Shown here one piece after another: positions 1 to 13,375 of a DNA stretch of 64,000 nt (position 1 is its first letter; the number at the start of each line of letters is the position of its first letter). This DNA is from Octopus vulgaris. Its lineage: Eukaryota. The stretch spans positions 13,826,001 to 13,890,000 of the forward strand of contig OX597825.1 in the NCBI GenBank assembly GCA_951406725.2, in the 5' to 3' direction. The notes beneath the pieces are model-generated. The model saw nothing but the letters and a program-made list of their open reading frames with translations. It made no database searches and was not told where the DNA came from. The position numbers and the translations under genes are program-made.

Positions 1-286
1 CTGAAAGAAGCCTGCCGTATATATGTATGTGTATATATATATATGTATGTGTATATGTTTGTGTGTCTGTGTTTGTCCCCACTAGCATTGCTTGACAACC
101 GATGCTGGTGTGTTTACGTCCCCGTCACTTAGCGGTTCGGCAAAAAGAGACCGACAGAATAAGTACTGGGCTTACAAAAAAGAATGAGTCCCGGGGTCGA
201 TTTGCTTGACTGAAAAAGGCGGTGCTCCAGCATGGCCGCAGTCAAATGACTGAAACAAGTAAAAGAGTAAAAGAGTAAAGAGTAAA
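1..286 (+). mobile_element. SINE family A, 3' part (cut by window start)
   Basis: Body GCTTGACAACCGATGCTGGTGTGTTTACGTCCCCGT ... CCAGCATGGCCGCAGTCAAATGACTGAAACAAG plus (TAAAAGAG)n tail, near-identical to many other copies in the window. Confidence 0.9.
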
Positions 287-917
287 GGGAGAATCATCGG
301 CTTTTCATGTTATCAAAATGCATTTGTATTTAGTTTATGTAGTTCTATGTTAACAATTCAATAGCGAGATTAGATTGTTAGGATGCTATTTGCACACAGT
401 ATAATGATCAGCTTTTTATGGTTTCATTCACAGCTGAATACAAATGTAGTTGATATATCTTTAACAAACTGACGTACGGCTGATTAACTTCTTTATAGCC
501 ATGGGCCATTAGCAATTAACTTGCCGTATCAAAGTAGACAAATAGACGATAATTGGATAATTGTGTGAAATTATCAAAATATAATGTATTGAATGAATAG
601 CCATGATATTAACGTTAACATATCTATATATGTTTATATTGAATGGTATGAAAAATTAAACCCGGCATACTAGAGAAAGTTATCGGTGTTTAGCTACAAT
701 TTACGAATGAAATTTTGGTAAAAACCAATAAAACGTATTGTTAGGAAGCGAACATGTTCGTATGGCTACCCATTTAAGATAAATATTTTCCATTTCTTAA
801 TACTTGCTTAACTATAGACTGGTGAATTTCTATCTTTTACATGTTTCAGTCATTGGACTGAGGCCAAGCTGGAGTACTACTTTGATGGGTTTTGGTTGGA
901 TAGATTGAGCTTGGTCT

Positions 918-1077
918 AAGGCGGTGAGCTGGCAGAAATGTTAGCAAGCTGGGCGAAATACTTAGCGGTATTTCGTCTGTCTTTACGTTCTGAGTTCAAA
1001 TTCCGCTGAGGTCGACTTTGCCTTTCATCCTTTCGGGATTGATAAATTAAGTACTTGTTGTGTACTGGGTTCGATCA
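918..1077 (+). mobile_element. SINE family C
   Basis: Head AAGGCGGTGAGCTGGCAGAA, B-box-like GAGTTCAAATTCC, core GTCGACTTTGCCTTTCATCCTTTCGGG; repeated >10 times in the window. Confidence 0.85.
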
Positions 1078-1480
1078 GGAGTGGGTGTGTGGTAAGAAGC
1101 TTGCTTACTAATCACATGGTTCTGGGTTCAGTCCCACTGTGTAGCACCTTTGGCAAGTGTCTTCTACTATAACATCAGGCTGGCCAAAGCTTTGTGAGTG
1201 GATTTGGTAGACAGAAACTGAAAGAAGCCCGTCCTGTATATATATACAGGTGTGTGTGTGTGTATATGTATGTATTTGTGTGTCTGTGTTTGTCTCCACC
1301 ATCGCTAGACAACCGATGTTGGTGTGTTTACGTCTTCGTAACTTAGTAGTTCAGTAAAAGAGACTGATAGGATAAGTACTAGGCTTACAAAGAATATGTC
1401 TTGGTGGGGTCGATTTGTTCAACTAAAGGTGTTGCTCCAGCATCGCCACAGTCAAATGACTGAAACAAGTAAAAGAATAA
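1078..1480 (+). mobile_element. SINE family A, near full length (tRNA-derived head, internal microsatellite)
   Basis: A-box-like GTGG..GTGTGGTAAG, B-box-like GGTTCAGTCCC, family body and AAACAAGTAAAAGA tail. Confidence 0.9.
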
Positions 1481-2071
1481 CAAGTAGACACAACCTCCCA
1501 CACACACAGATACACAGACACAGACACTCGTTCACACACACAGACACACACACACACATTTATACACTCAAGAAATGGTCCATATATTTCTATCCTTCTT
1601 CTTTCTTTGTATACCTTTCATTAAATATAATTAAATATCATCAGACTTTTCACACCTATTTCTTTGATGTCGCAAACTTCACACCTACACAGTTTGAACA
1701 ATTTTTCATTATTTTTAACCCCTTCTTCCATGCTTTTTTAAAGTTTTTTAAAAAATTTTTTAATTACTTTTCTTGATGATGCTGCATAGATCTTTAACTT
1801 CTTCACATTTATAGAAAAATAAAATAATAAAAATACTGAAAATAAAATACAAAAAAAAACATAAACACTTCAATAATCAATACAACATTTTGATTTTGTT
1901 GTGAAAACTTTACATTTTTTCCTATTATATTGCAATTTACAATTCTTTAAGTCTTCTACTCTTGTAATAGATTCCTTATAATATAACCAAAAAAATGTTA
2001 AGTTTCTGATTATATTTGATTAACATTTGTAATTAAGAACTGCAAGATTCTTGTCTTCATTGGCAACTCAC

Positions 2072-2136
2072 CTTGCAGAGGTAACTGGTGAGGCTTGCGA
2101 GGGCGCTTGGCTATTCCAGTCCACCAGCCTCGCCAT
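2072..2136 (-). CDS. Candidate first coding segment of an unidentified minus-strand gene (MARLVDWNSQAPSQASPVTSA, phase-2 donor)
   Basis: GC/CpG-rich unique island in AT-rich DNA; ATG at 2136 is the first in frame after an upstream TAA; open to a consensus donor AAG|GTGAGT (intron starts at 2071). Confidence 0.55.
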
Positions 2137-2332
2137 CACCTGCGGAAATGCTGCAGCTGTGCTGATATGTCTCAATAGCCATTAGAAAGGTTCCCCAGCG
2201 CCCCCAACTTTTCAAACCATGGTGGTGAATTGTTTTTTTTTCTCTTTTTTCTTTCATTTTTTTAAAAAAGTTTTTTAATTGGGTTTTCTGTTCTGTCCAG
2301 TTTTCTAGTTTGATTTTGTAAAATGGTAAACA
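2072..2332 (-). other. Candidate exon (5' UTR plus start codon)
   Basis: Acceptor TTTTTTTTATATATACTTTTACTTTATTGCCTTCACAG| at 2333/2332 and donor AG|GTGAGT at 2072/2071. Confidence 0.6.
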
Positions 2333-2388
2333 CTGTGAAGGCAATAAAGTAAAAGTATATATAAAAAAAAACTAAGAACTTTAATCTG

Positions 2389-2907
2389 GAGGTGAAGCAT
2401 GACCTTCAAATGTTGGGCCTCACAGAAGCAATGACGAAAGACCGAGACGTCTGGAGATATGTTGTGATTGAGAAGACCCGACAAGGAAAGTGAGATCACA
2501 ACCGTAGCCTATACCGGTGACGCATAACCATCCCATTTAAAAAGTACCTTTGAATCGTTGGGCAACACACCATGCTTGAGGAGACCTATTGAATCAAGTA
2601 AAATCAAAATCAAAAATCAAATCCTAATCGATTGGAAATTGTAGTTGTGGCCGATGCCAGTGCCACCTCACTGGCTCCCATGCTGGTGGCACATAAAGAA
2701 CACCATCTGAATGTGGTCGATGCCAGCCCCACTGCCCCGGTTGGCTTCTGTGCAGGTAGCATGTAAAAAGCACCATCCAAATATAGCCGATGCCAGTGCC
2801 GCCTGACTGGCTCCCATGCCGGTGGCAGGTAAAAAACACCACTACACTCTCAGAGTGGTTGGTGTGAGGAAGGGCATCCAGCTATAGAAACATTGCCAGA
2901 TCAGACT
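2389..2907 (+). mobile_element. RTE-type LINE 3' fragment (ORF C-terminus and repeat-containing 3' UTR)
   Basis: 2389-2493 translates EVKHDLQMLGLTEAMTKDRDVWRYVVIEKTRQGK* (RTE-like DR..WR motif); followed by ~66-bp sub-repeats and the GGAAGGGCATCCAGCT segment shared with many (GAT)n-tailed copies. Confidence 0.7.
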
Positions 2908-3167
2908 CACACATACACATACATATATATCTACAATATCTTGTGTATACAGATAGCAATATGGCATCTACTGTTATGCTTAGAGCTCCATGTAGACTTT
3001 CTCATGCCGCGGTCTACTTCCATTACAGTGATTAAATAACTATCAAACATAATAGTAATACTAGTTACGAAACACAGTAAATTTTGGAGATATTTAGATA
3101 AACACATGTTTACATTATCATTGTTAGTTACTGTGTACATTTCATCATTATGGCATATAAACCACAC

Positions 3168-3202
<35 letters not shown>

Positions 3203-3404
3203 ATCAAATTAATATAAAATGGTCAGAATGGTGTGTGAGATTGATTGACTGATTTAAAAATTTCTGTCATGTTAAGAGATATGAATTTATAGAGGAAATG
3301 CTAACAGTTGATAGCAGAATTTTTTTCCCCCTTATTACTTTCTATATTCATGCTGCATATTCAGGGAGTAAAACTATGTTATGGAAGGAATAAAAACAAC
3401 ATTA

Positions 3405-3910
<506 letters not shown>

Positions 3911-4481
3911 TATTTGTATGTATGTATGAATATTTTGCAAAACAAAGATGTGCAGCCTTGGCATATATAAAGCATGTTTTTGTTATGTTAAATTACATTA
4001 TTTATATATATATATATATATATGTATATTTTTGGGGGTTTTACTTTTTTCCATATGCATGAACTGAATTCCTCTGATGCGGTTCCGTCTATCTATAGTC
4101 ATCTCTTTCCTTTAACCACATCAATCTTGCTTTTGTTTTACGATTATTTTGTTTTTCGATTATATTGTTTTTTATTTCTTATTTGTCTTTTAGTAGCTTT
4201 GCTTTTCATCTTGATAACATTACATTACTTCTGGAAAATTTATTTTGTGCTTTTTTGGTATTTTTTTTTTTTTTCCATTTTTATGTATGTGTGTGTGTAT
4301 GTGTATGTGTATGTGTACTTTTGCGATTCCATTGCTCCTAGCTAACCTAACTGTCAAAAACAGGAATAAGCCAGTTCTGGAAATTTGTACATTTATGAAC
4401 AGAAGAAAAGAACAGAGCATAAAAAAAAAGACCTGTTCACACCTAGCTTTGTAGTTTAGATTCTAGGTTACATATTATTAC

Positions 4482-4700
4482 CTGTCAGGCATCATTTAAA
4501 GCAATAACGATTATGTATATTACAAAAGTAAAAAAAAAAAACCAAAAAAAAACCAAAAAAAAACAAGGAAATAAATCATTTTCTTTGTGCTTTGAGATTT
4601 GAATTTCTTTATATATATATATATTTTTTTTTTTTTGGCTGTGGCATATATTCTGAAATCTTTTGATTTTAAAGTTATTGTCTTTTATTCCAACATTCTT
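4482..4700 (-). other. Candidate non-coding (5' UTR) exon
   Basis: Strong acceptor: long T-rich tract ending ...TTCTTCTTTTTCAG| at 4701/4700; donor CAG|GTAATA at 4482/4481. Confidence 0.45.
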
Positions 4701-5269
4701 CTGAAAAAGAAGAAAAAAAAAACAAACGTAAAAATGATCATGTTACAGGTATAAATCGCTCGTATATCCATAAAGAAAAACAAGCTCTGTAAAAGTAAGA
4801 AACGGCAACGACATATCTGCAATAATACTAGAATTCTGCGATAATGTCCCATTACAAAAGACACTTCCATAAGCCGACACTTAAATCACATTTTTATCAA
4901 TGGATATGAAACGAAATCTGAAGAAGACACCTGATATTAATAATGAGAGATGAGACAGTATAGGTGTAAATATTAACTGCTGAGGTCATTAAGCTGAAAA
5001 AATTACAATCCTATAAAATAAATTTTTCTGCTGTGTCTGGGGAGAGTCATTTTCTTTTTGTGCCTTATAATGTAACACACTCACCGATAAAATTTCCACT
5101 TTTTTATATTTATATTTTCCTAAAATTTTCATTGCGCCTTGCAACCTTTTCAATAGACACAAAAAGAAAATGACTCTCCCCAGACACAATAGAATATGCT
5201 TCAACACACGAACTCATATAAAGAATCTTGCAAACCAAATCCAAAAACGAAATATTTTTCTGCATTAAA

Positions 5270-5599
5270 AGATCCCCTTCGGTCATGAATGACCATGGGA
5301 TTGCACCTAGAAAGTTACCCTCCTAGACACAAGTCTGGGCAAGGTTGTTTATGGAAGACCAGCAGTCGCCCATGCATACCAGCCTCCCCTCTCCACACCA
5401 CCAGTGTTATCCAAGGGAAAGACAAAGGTCGATACAGCTTGGCACCAGTGACGTCGCAACTCATTTCTACAGCTGAGTGAACTGGAGCAACGTGAAATAA
5501 AGTGCCTTGCTCAAGAACACAACACGCAGCCCGGTCTGGGATTCGAGCTCACAACCTCACGATCTTAAGCTCGACGCTCTAACCACTGAGCCATGCGCC
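5270..5599 (-). mobile_element. tRNA-derived SINE (head H2, tail T4) with target-site duplication
   Basis: Head GGCGCATGGCTCAGTGGTTAGAGCG...GAGCTCGAATCCC, then TTGAGCAAGGCACTTTATTTCACGTTGCTCCAG; 12-bp TSD TTCTGCATTAAA at 5258-5269 and 5600-5611. Confidence 0.9.
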
Positions 5600-5917
5600 T
5601 TCTGCATTAAACCTTTAATAACCAGATTACTCAGCCCAACGTAATGTTCGTTTAACATAGTTTTGAATTACTTATGCATTATCTTATAGCTTCAGTTTTT
5701 TTTGACAATGTGGTTGTATATGCTTAGAATGACATCGTAGGGTAGGTGTGAGAGGCCGGATCTGGTTGATTTGAAGATCAAATAGATAGAATATTCAGGT
5801 TGAGTATAGCTGATTGATTCAAGTGCCATATTCAAGTTTCAACCTGTCTGATACTCTGTTGACTGAGGCAATCATGGCTTTCGTATCCTCACCACCACCA
5901 CCACCATCATCATCATT

Positions 5918-5965
<48 letters not shown>

Positions 5966-6192
5966 TTCTTCTTCTTTATTCAAAGACTGTTTTCCATGCT
6001 GGCATGAGTTGGATGATTCAACAGGGGCTGGCACACCAGGTTGCCATAGTCTGTTTTGGCTTGGTCCCTACACCTGGATGCCCTTCCAAACACCAACCGC
6101 TTTAAAGAGTGGTTAAAATTTGAATATCAGAGTATTTTAGACCTAAAATTATAAAATATCAACAACTCTACTAAATACATATCTTAATGTTG

Positions 6193-6561
6193 CTGTTGCT
6201 GTTGAATGTAGCGGTCTTCGTCCCAGAGTTGGAGTAGTCCGATACGTGGTCCTTTGCTATTTGTAAGACCCACAGAAGAGAAAGCAGGTCAACTCCCAAC
6301 ACCAAGAGCATCGACGGATGGATGAATGCACATCCAGTCTCAGTGGTTGTGTAGGAAGTTGGGGACAAAAAGCAAGAAGAAAGAGTGAGAGAAAGTTGGA
6401 GCGAAAGAGTACAACATGGTTCACCACCACCCCCTGCCGGAGCCTTGTGGAGCTTTAGGTGTTTTCACTCAATAAACACACACAGCGCCCGGTCTGGGAA
6501 TTGAAACTGCGCTCCTCCGACTGCGAGTCTGCTGCTCTAACCATTGGGCCATTGTACCTCC
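6193..6561 (-). mobile_element. tRNA-derived SINE (head H1, tail T1)
   Basis: Head ATGGCCCAATGGTTAGAGCAGCAGACTCGC...GTTTCAATTCCC, then AAAACACCTAAAGCTCCAC; CAA/CAG tail; TAATGTTG on both flanks. Confidence 0.85.
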
Positions 6562-7484
6562 TAATGTTGTTGTTCTTGTTGGTCTTTACTTATTTCTCTG
6601 ACCCATAAATCACCTGGACTGGTTCATCCCCACCTCTCTCTCTCTCTCACACACACACATACACACACACACACACACACACATTCATTATGCTTTTTGT
6701 GTGTATGTATGTTTTTGTGTGTATAAGTATACATACACACGCATAGAAAAACAATTACCTGACTATACACATACGCAAATGTTTGTGAGTATATTTAGAT
6801 AATTGTTATTATCTTTTTTTTGTTGTTGTTCATTATAAAAACAAAATAGAATGAAATAATCGTAATTAAATTAGCATGGCATCCTTGCTTATCTTAGGAT
6901 GCAGTGAGAATACATTTAATTGATAATTAAAGCTAAGATGGTGCAAAGTTAATTTCATTTAATTGGAAGAGCCAATAACGTCGTGTCTATAATCAGAATA
7001 AAACATGCTACAATTTAGTTTTAGATTTTGTCTTTTTCAAGAAACACAGTTATCTCATTGATTTCTTTGCATAATTTGATATAATTTCCTTTCTTATTTC
7101 TAATGACTGTGTGCATTCCGCTGTGTTGATTGACTGAAGAATATGCTGTATCGAAACTTGTATGAGAACTGTGATTGCTTCAGTTAACAAACTTTCAGAT
7201 AATTTACTAGGAGGTCAGCAGTTGATATATTAAAACTACACTGTGTCCATAACTGATGAATCCGCCCTCATTTATCACAAGGGTATCGCTTGTCCATGAG
7301 GGGATCTGTCCCATTAATTTTTGCCCTATAAGACACACGTTCCTTCTCCTGACACCTGAAAAGCTCTGGTGATGGTTCCACATGATAAGCACAGATGCTA
7401 GTGCCGTGTAAAAGGCATTGGTGCAGGTGTCATGTAAAAAGTACCACCCAGTACACTCTGTAAAGCGGGTGGTGTTTGGAAGGG

Positions 7485-7870
<386 letters not shown>

Positions 7871-8541
7871 TATATAAGCATAATATAGTTCGCAATTCAG
7901 CTTACCATGTTTATCCCAAGTCAGCAATAATTGAATCAGTGTTGAATGGGGCTACATGTTTTCTAAATACCCTTGTCCAAGAAGCAACAAGTAACTAGAT
8001 GTTTTCTGTGAGATCTCAAGTATTTAATTAGGTTGTTACGATGCTTTCTGCTCCTCTTATAAAGAAACAACATTTGCTGATCTCCAATCCAGAGAAAGAG
8101 TTTGTCTCTTTCATGATTAACACCATTAAAACCAAAATTAAACATCATCCTTGCAGCTATTGAAAATCGGTGAATGGAAAAAATCTAAATGAGTCGTGGT
8201 GCTACCATTTGTGCTGTTTCAAAGATTGTGTTCCAAGATTAAAACTCTTTTGATACAGATTTGCTTCAGATTGTCTCCTGATTCTCTGATACAAAACTTT
8301 CAGTTTTAATGCCATTTAAATCAAAACTGCCGATCAAAATTCCATGCTAATTTATATTCTGAGCAGTAGCTAAATAATGACAAAAGCTATTTTTGATAAA
8401 TTCTTCGTCACTTCCAAAATTAATCGAAACAAAAGCAGAACATCCTAATAGAAATATGATAACGAAACAGTTAAATGCTATTACGACACGTTGTGTTATA
8501 ATGCTGTAGAATGGATATCAGACAGAGAGATCTAGGTATCA

Positions 8542-8937
8542 CTTTTACTTGTTTCAGTCATTTGACTGTGGCCATGCTCGAGCACCGCCTTTAGTCGAGC
8601 AAATCGACCCCACGACTTATTCTTTGTGAGCCTAGTACTTATTCTTTCGGTCTCCTTTTTGCTGAACCGCTAAGTTACGGGTACGTATACACACCAGCAT
8701 CGGTTGTCAAGCGATGCTGGGACACACACACACACAAACATATACACATACACACATATAAATATACATATTTACGATGGGCTTCTTTCAGTTTCCGTCT
8801 ACTAAATCCACTCACAAGGCTTTGGTCGGCCCGAGGCTATAGTAGAAGGCTCTTGCCCAAGGTGCCACGCAGTGGGATTGTACCCGGAACTATGTGGTTG
8901 GTAAGCAAGCTACTTACCACACAGTCACTCCTACACC
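8542..8937 (-). mobile_element. SINE family A, full length, low divergence
   Basis: Complete head-to-tail match to the family, many CpGs retained. Confidence 0.92.
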
Positions 8938-8985
8938 TATAACTATTACCTATGAACTATGTTGTACAAAGTAAATAACGATACA

Positions 8986-9370
8986 GACATGGACATGGCT
9001 GTGTGGTTTAGAAGCTCATTTGGCAACCACATGGTTTCTGGTTCAGTCCCATGACAAGGCACTTTGGACAAGTGTCTTGGTTTTCTACTGCATCTCCAAG
9101 CTGACCCCTGCCGTGTGAGTGAATTTTGTAGATAGAAGCTGTGTGGAATTCCTTTGTATATATTTGTGTGCATGCTTATTTGTCTCTTTCCCCACTAGAC
9201 ATTTGGTATTGGTTTATTAACATCCCCATAACATATCAGATTGGCAAAAGAGACCGACAGATTAAACTCTTGACTTAAAAAAGAGCACTGGGGTTAATAT
9301 GTTTGACTAAGCATTTTAAAGCAATGATCCAGCATGGCCACAGTCCAATGACTTAAACAAGTATAAAAAG
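8986..9370 (+). mobile_element. SINE family A, older diverged copy
   Basis: ATGGCTGTGTGGTTTAGAAG...GGTTCAGTCCC head and CCAGCATGGCCACAGTCCAATGACT tail. Confidence 0.85.
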
Positions 9371-9417
9371 AAAAAAACAAACAAGCCATTGAATTACTGT
9401 AGTAAATCAAAATTGAC

Positions 9418-10365
9418 AAATAAATTAGTGCAAAGCTAATTATTGCACCTTTGTTAATTAGTAACAAAGGTGAAGGTTGAACACCTTTGTGGGTTGTTTA
9501 ACAAAGAAATCTTTACCGGTTTTACTGCCAAGGTCAACTTTGCCTTTCATCCTTTTGGCCTTGACAAATTAAGTACCAGTTGCGTACTGGGGTCGATCTA
9601 ACTGATTGCCTCCCCTCTCCCCCCAAATTTCGGGCCTTGTGCCTCGAGTAGAAAAGAACAAAGAAACAAATGAGATTAACAATCAACAAATTAACTGACG
9701 AAGCTAATCATTACACCTTTGTTAATTAGTAACAAAGGTAAAGGTTCAACACCTTTGCAAGTTGTTATGAGTTGTTTAAGAAGGAACTCTTTACCTGTTT
9801 TACTGCCGAGGTCAACTTTGCCTTTCATCCTTTCGGGCTCGACAAATTAAGTACCAGTCGCGTACTGGTGTCGATCTAATTGACTGCCCCTCCTCCCCCA
9901 AAAATTTTGGGCCTTGTGCCTCGAGTAAAAAAGAATAAAAGAACAAAGCGGATTAACAATCAACAAATTAACTGACTAAGCTAATTATTGCACCTTTGTT
10001 AATTAGTAACAAAGGTGAAGGTTGAACAACTTTGCGAGTTGTTGTGAGTTTATTAACAAAGGACTCGTTACCTGTTTTACTGCCGAGGTTGACTTTACCT
10101 TTCATCCTTTCGGTCTCGACAAATTAAGTACCAGTTGCATGCTGGTGTCCATCTAATTGACTGCCCCCCCCCCCCCAAAAAAAATTTCGGGCTTTTTGCC
10201 TCGAGTAGAAAAGAATAAAGAAATAAAACAGATTAACAATCAGCACAGTAACTGACGAAGCTAATTATAACACCTTTGTTAATTAGCAACAAAGGTGAAG
10301 GTTGAACACCTTTGTGATGACATTCATGGTTGTGAGTTGTTTAAGAAGGAACTCTTTACCTGTTT
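9418..10365 (+). repeat. Tandem array, ~270-280 bp unit x ~3.4 (unique flank with hairpin plus SINE C 3' half)
   Basis: CACCTTTGTTAATTAG(T/C)AACAAAGGT recurs 4 times; the SINE C core recurs 3 times. Confidence 0.9.
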
Positions 10366-10511
10366 CAATAAAGAAGCAAAAACAGACTAGCAATCAAGAA
10401 ACTAACGAACGTGCTTGCCAAGGCAAATTATAGCAAAAGGGAACGAAACCAAACCAAATATTAACATTGGCTTCTAGCAAACATTTCTTTGTGTTGTCAT
10501 TGAAAACAACT
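10360..10511 (-). other. Candidate non-coding first exon
   Basis: Initiator-like TCAGTT (A at 10511) next to a CpG-rich block; donor AACAG|GTAAAG at 10360/10359. Confidence 0.3.
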
Positions 10512-11060
10512 GAACAGAAACAGTTAAATAACGCGGGGTGGCGGTCGGTCGGGTGGGAGCAAGTAAAAAGAGAGAGAGCAAGGAGGAGGAGGAGTGAGGG
10601 GGAATGTGTGAGGGTGACAGAGAAGCAGAGGGCTGGAGGGTCGTGGAGGATGGATGGGGGGTGTTTAATAATGAGATGAAAATCGTTGTGTTGTGTGTGA
10701 GAACGTTTTTCGAGCAAGTGGGTGGTGGGGGTGGGTTGGGTTGGGTGGGGCGGGGTGGGGTGGGGGAAAGGAACGAGAAGAAAGATACTTTAATGTTTGG
10801 GATGGAACGCGGGGGTGGGTGGGTGGGGGTGTTTGTGTGTGCGGGTGGTGTGTGTGTCTCGCTGTGAATGTTCGGGGGCGGGGGGAGGAAAAGAGAAGAG
10901 GGGGAGGGGGATATGAAGAAAAAAAAAGGAGGGGGTGCTTTAATAACTTGACGGAAACTGTGTGCATGTTAAAGAGAGTAAGGAGGTGTGTGTGTGTGGG
11001 GGTGGGGGGGCAGACAGACAGACAGACAGACTCACAGACAGACCGACAGTCAGACTGAGA
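10512..11060. promoter_or_regulatory. G-rich, CpG-retaining promoter-like region with G-quadruplex potential
   Basis: Many CpGs outside repeats (CGCGGGGTGGCGGTCGGTCGGG); runs such as GGGTTGGGTTGGGTGGGGCGGGGTGGGGTGGGGG. Confidence 0.35.
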
Positions 11061-11339
11061 AAGGAGAGAAAATGCAAAGAGAAAACTGTAAACATAATGA
11101 AAGATATAAAAATGCTAAAAGTATTAAAAGAGATTGTTTGATTTTTGGATATTAAAACGGAAAATATTTGGTGAATGGCCATGGTTTAAGGTGGTTCTGA
11201 GAGCGGTAAGAGACAATTGTAGAGAACCAGTTGTAGACAGAAAGACAAATTATGGTAAAAAGAGACACTGAATTTCAGAAATGATGAAGAGAGAAAAACA
11301 AAGAAAAGATTACTTGTAGAAGGTTAATTGGTAGTTGTT

Positions 11340-11960
11340 AGGAATGAGAGAGGGAGAGAGAGGGATAGAGAGAGGGAGGGAGAGAGGGAGAGCTTGGAAG
11401 AAGGAGAGATTATCTGGAGATAAAAGAATCAATGACAGAAGTGTAGAGATGAAAAGATGTAGGAGAGGAGAGAGATGGAGAGAGAGAGAGAGAGAGAGTG
11501 GGAAGAGAAAAGGGAAGAATGAGAGAGAAGGGAAGAGAGAGTGAGAAGGGAGAAGAGAGAGAAAGAGAGAGAAAGTGGGAAGAAAAAAGGGAAGAATGAG
11601 AGAGAAGGGAAGAGAGAATGAGAAAGGAGGAGAGAGAGAGAGAGAAAGAGAGAGAGGGTGGGAAGAGAAAAGGGAAGAATGAGAGAGAAGGTAAGAGAGA
11701 ATGAGAAGGGAGGAATGAGAGAAAGAGAGAGAAAGTGGGAAGAAAAAAGGGAAGAATGAGAGAGAAGAGAAGAGAGAATGAGAAAGGAGGAGAGAAAGAA
11801 AGAAAGAGAGAGAGAGAAAACATAGATAAAATGTGGAGTATATAAGGCGGTGATTCTATTTGAAATGAGAAGCAAATGCTTGTTAGGAAGAGAATTTCGG
11901 TTATGGCATGCATGTAAGGAGAGAGAAAGAGAAAGAGAGACAGAGAGAAAGAGTAAGAAA
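11340..11960. repeat. Polypurine (GA-rich) tract with ~80-bp higher-order repeat x4
   Basis: GTGGGAAGA(G/A)AAAAGGGAAGAATGAGAGAGAAG recurs four times. Confidence 0.9.
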
Positions 11961-12974
11961 TAAATCACCAATAAAAGACAGAGAGAAAGCAAAAAGAAGA
12001 AGTTTTCTTTCCAAAACAGCAAAACAAGTGTAACAATAAAACCTTCTGGAATCAACCAAACCAACAAACGAAAATTCTTTTCTACTTTCTTTTTGCTCGG
12101 ATTCTGTGTCTCTTTGGTTCTTTTCTTCACCACGAATTACCAAGATTATGCCACTCAATTTAGAATTCCTGATATTCCAAGAAAGTTAATTTGCACTCTT
12201 TTTCCATCTCTCTTCCAATTACCTTCTCTTAGCTCACTTCTATTTTTTTCTCTATTTTTCTTCTTCTTCTTCGTACATGTTATTATTTTTATTTTATTGT
12301 TATACGTTCTATTTTTTTATTTTTTTGTTTCTATTTGCATTTTCATTACCTCTTTATAACTCTCCACTCAGCGGGTTTTATAAGATTCTCTTTCTGTCTT
12401 TCTCTTTTTGTCTTTCTATCATTATTCTCTCCCAAGCTGTCTTATCCTTTTTGCTGACACCATTCTCTCATTCTCTTAGTTCTTTGCCAATTTTGTTCAG
12501 CTACAACTTTCAATTTTGCCGATATTTCATTTACTTCCTCAATCACAATGTCAGGCAATCTGACTATATCAATTACTCACATATCATCTCTTTGTTTCAT
12601 TTATTAGTTCTCTTTATTTTTTCCTTTGTTAAACTTCACAAGAAAATGAAAATGTGTCTTTTTTGCACCATCACAATTTCTTAACACCCTGACCATCATC
12701 AATATTTGCTGTCCGTTTTTTCCATTCTTGCATGAGTCAAACTTTGCTAAGGCAGATTAGATTTCTACAACTGGATGCTCTTCCTGTGGCCAACTCTCAC
12801 CTCTTTCCAAGCAAGTTGATATTTCCATGTTTTTCACAGAAGACTGGAAATGAACAATCAGGTGATGTCCAAACAGAGTTACACACAAACACGCACACTC
12901 ATATGAACATATACACACACACAGACACATAGACATATGCACACACATATATATTCATTTTCATTCATTTCATT

Positions 12975-13375
12975 TCATTTACTTGTTTCAGTCATTTGAC
13001 TGTGGCCATGCTGGTGCACCACCTTTTATAATCGAGCAACTCAACCCCGGGACTTATTCTTTTGTAAGCCCAGTACTTATTCTATTGATCACTTTTGTTG
13101 AACCGCTAAGTGACAGGGACGCAAACACACCAGCATCGGTTATCAAGCAATGTTAGGGGGACAAACACAGACACACAAACATACACACACATACATATAT
13201 ATATATATACATATATATGACAGGCTTTTTTCAGTTTCCGTCTACCAAATCCACTCACAAGGCATTGGTCGGCCCGAGGCTATAGCAGACGACACTTGCC
13301 CAAGATTCCATGCAGTGGGACTGAACCCGGAACCATGTGGTTGGTAAACAAGCTAATTACCACACAGCCACTGCT
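12975..13375 (-). mobile_element. SINE family A, full length
   Basis: Reverse complement matches family head, body and tail. Confidence 0.9.

Noticed and set aside
7128-7165. CTGAAGA-ATATGCTGTATC-GAAAC hammerhead-like string
   Set aside because: Stem II register is poor, there is no convincing stem I and no second copy in the window; may be a decayed PLE repeat but is unsupported
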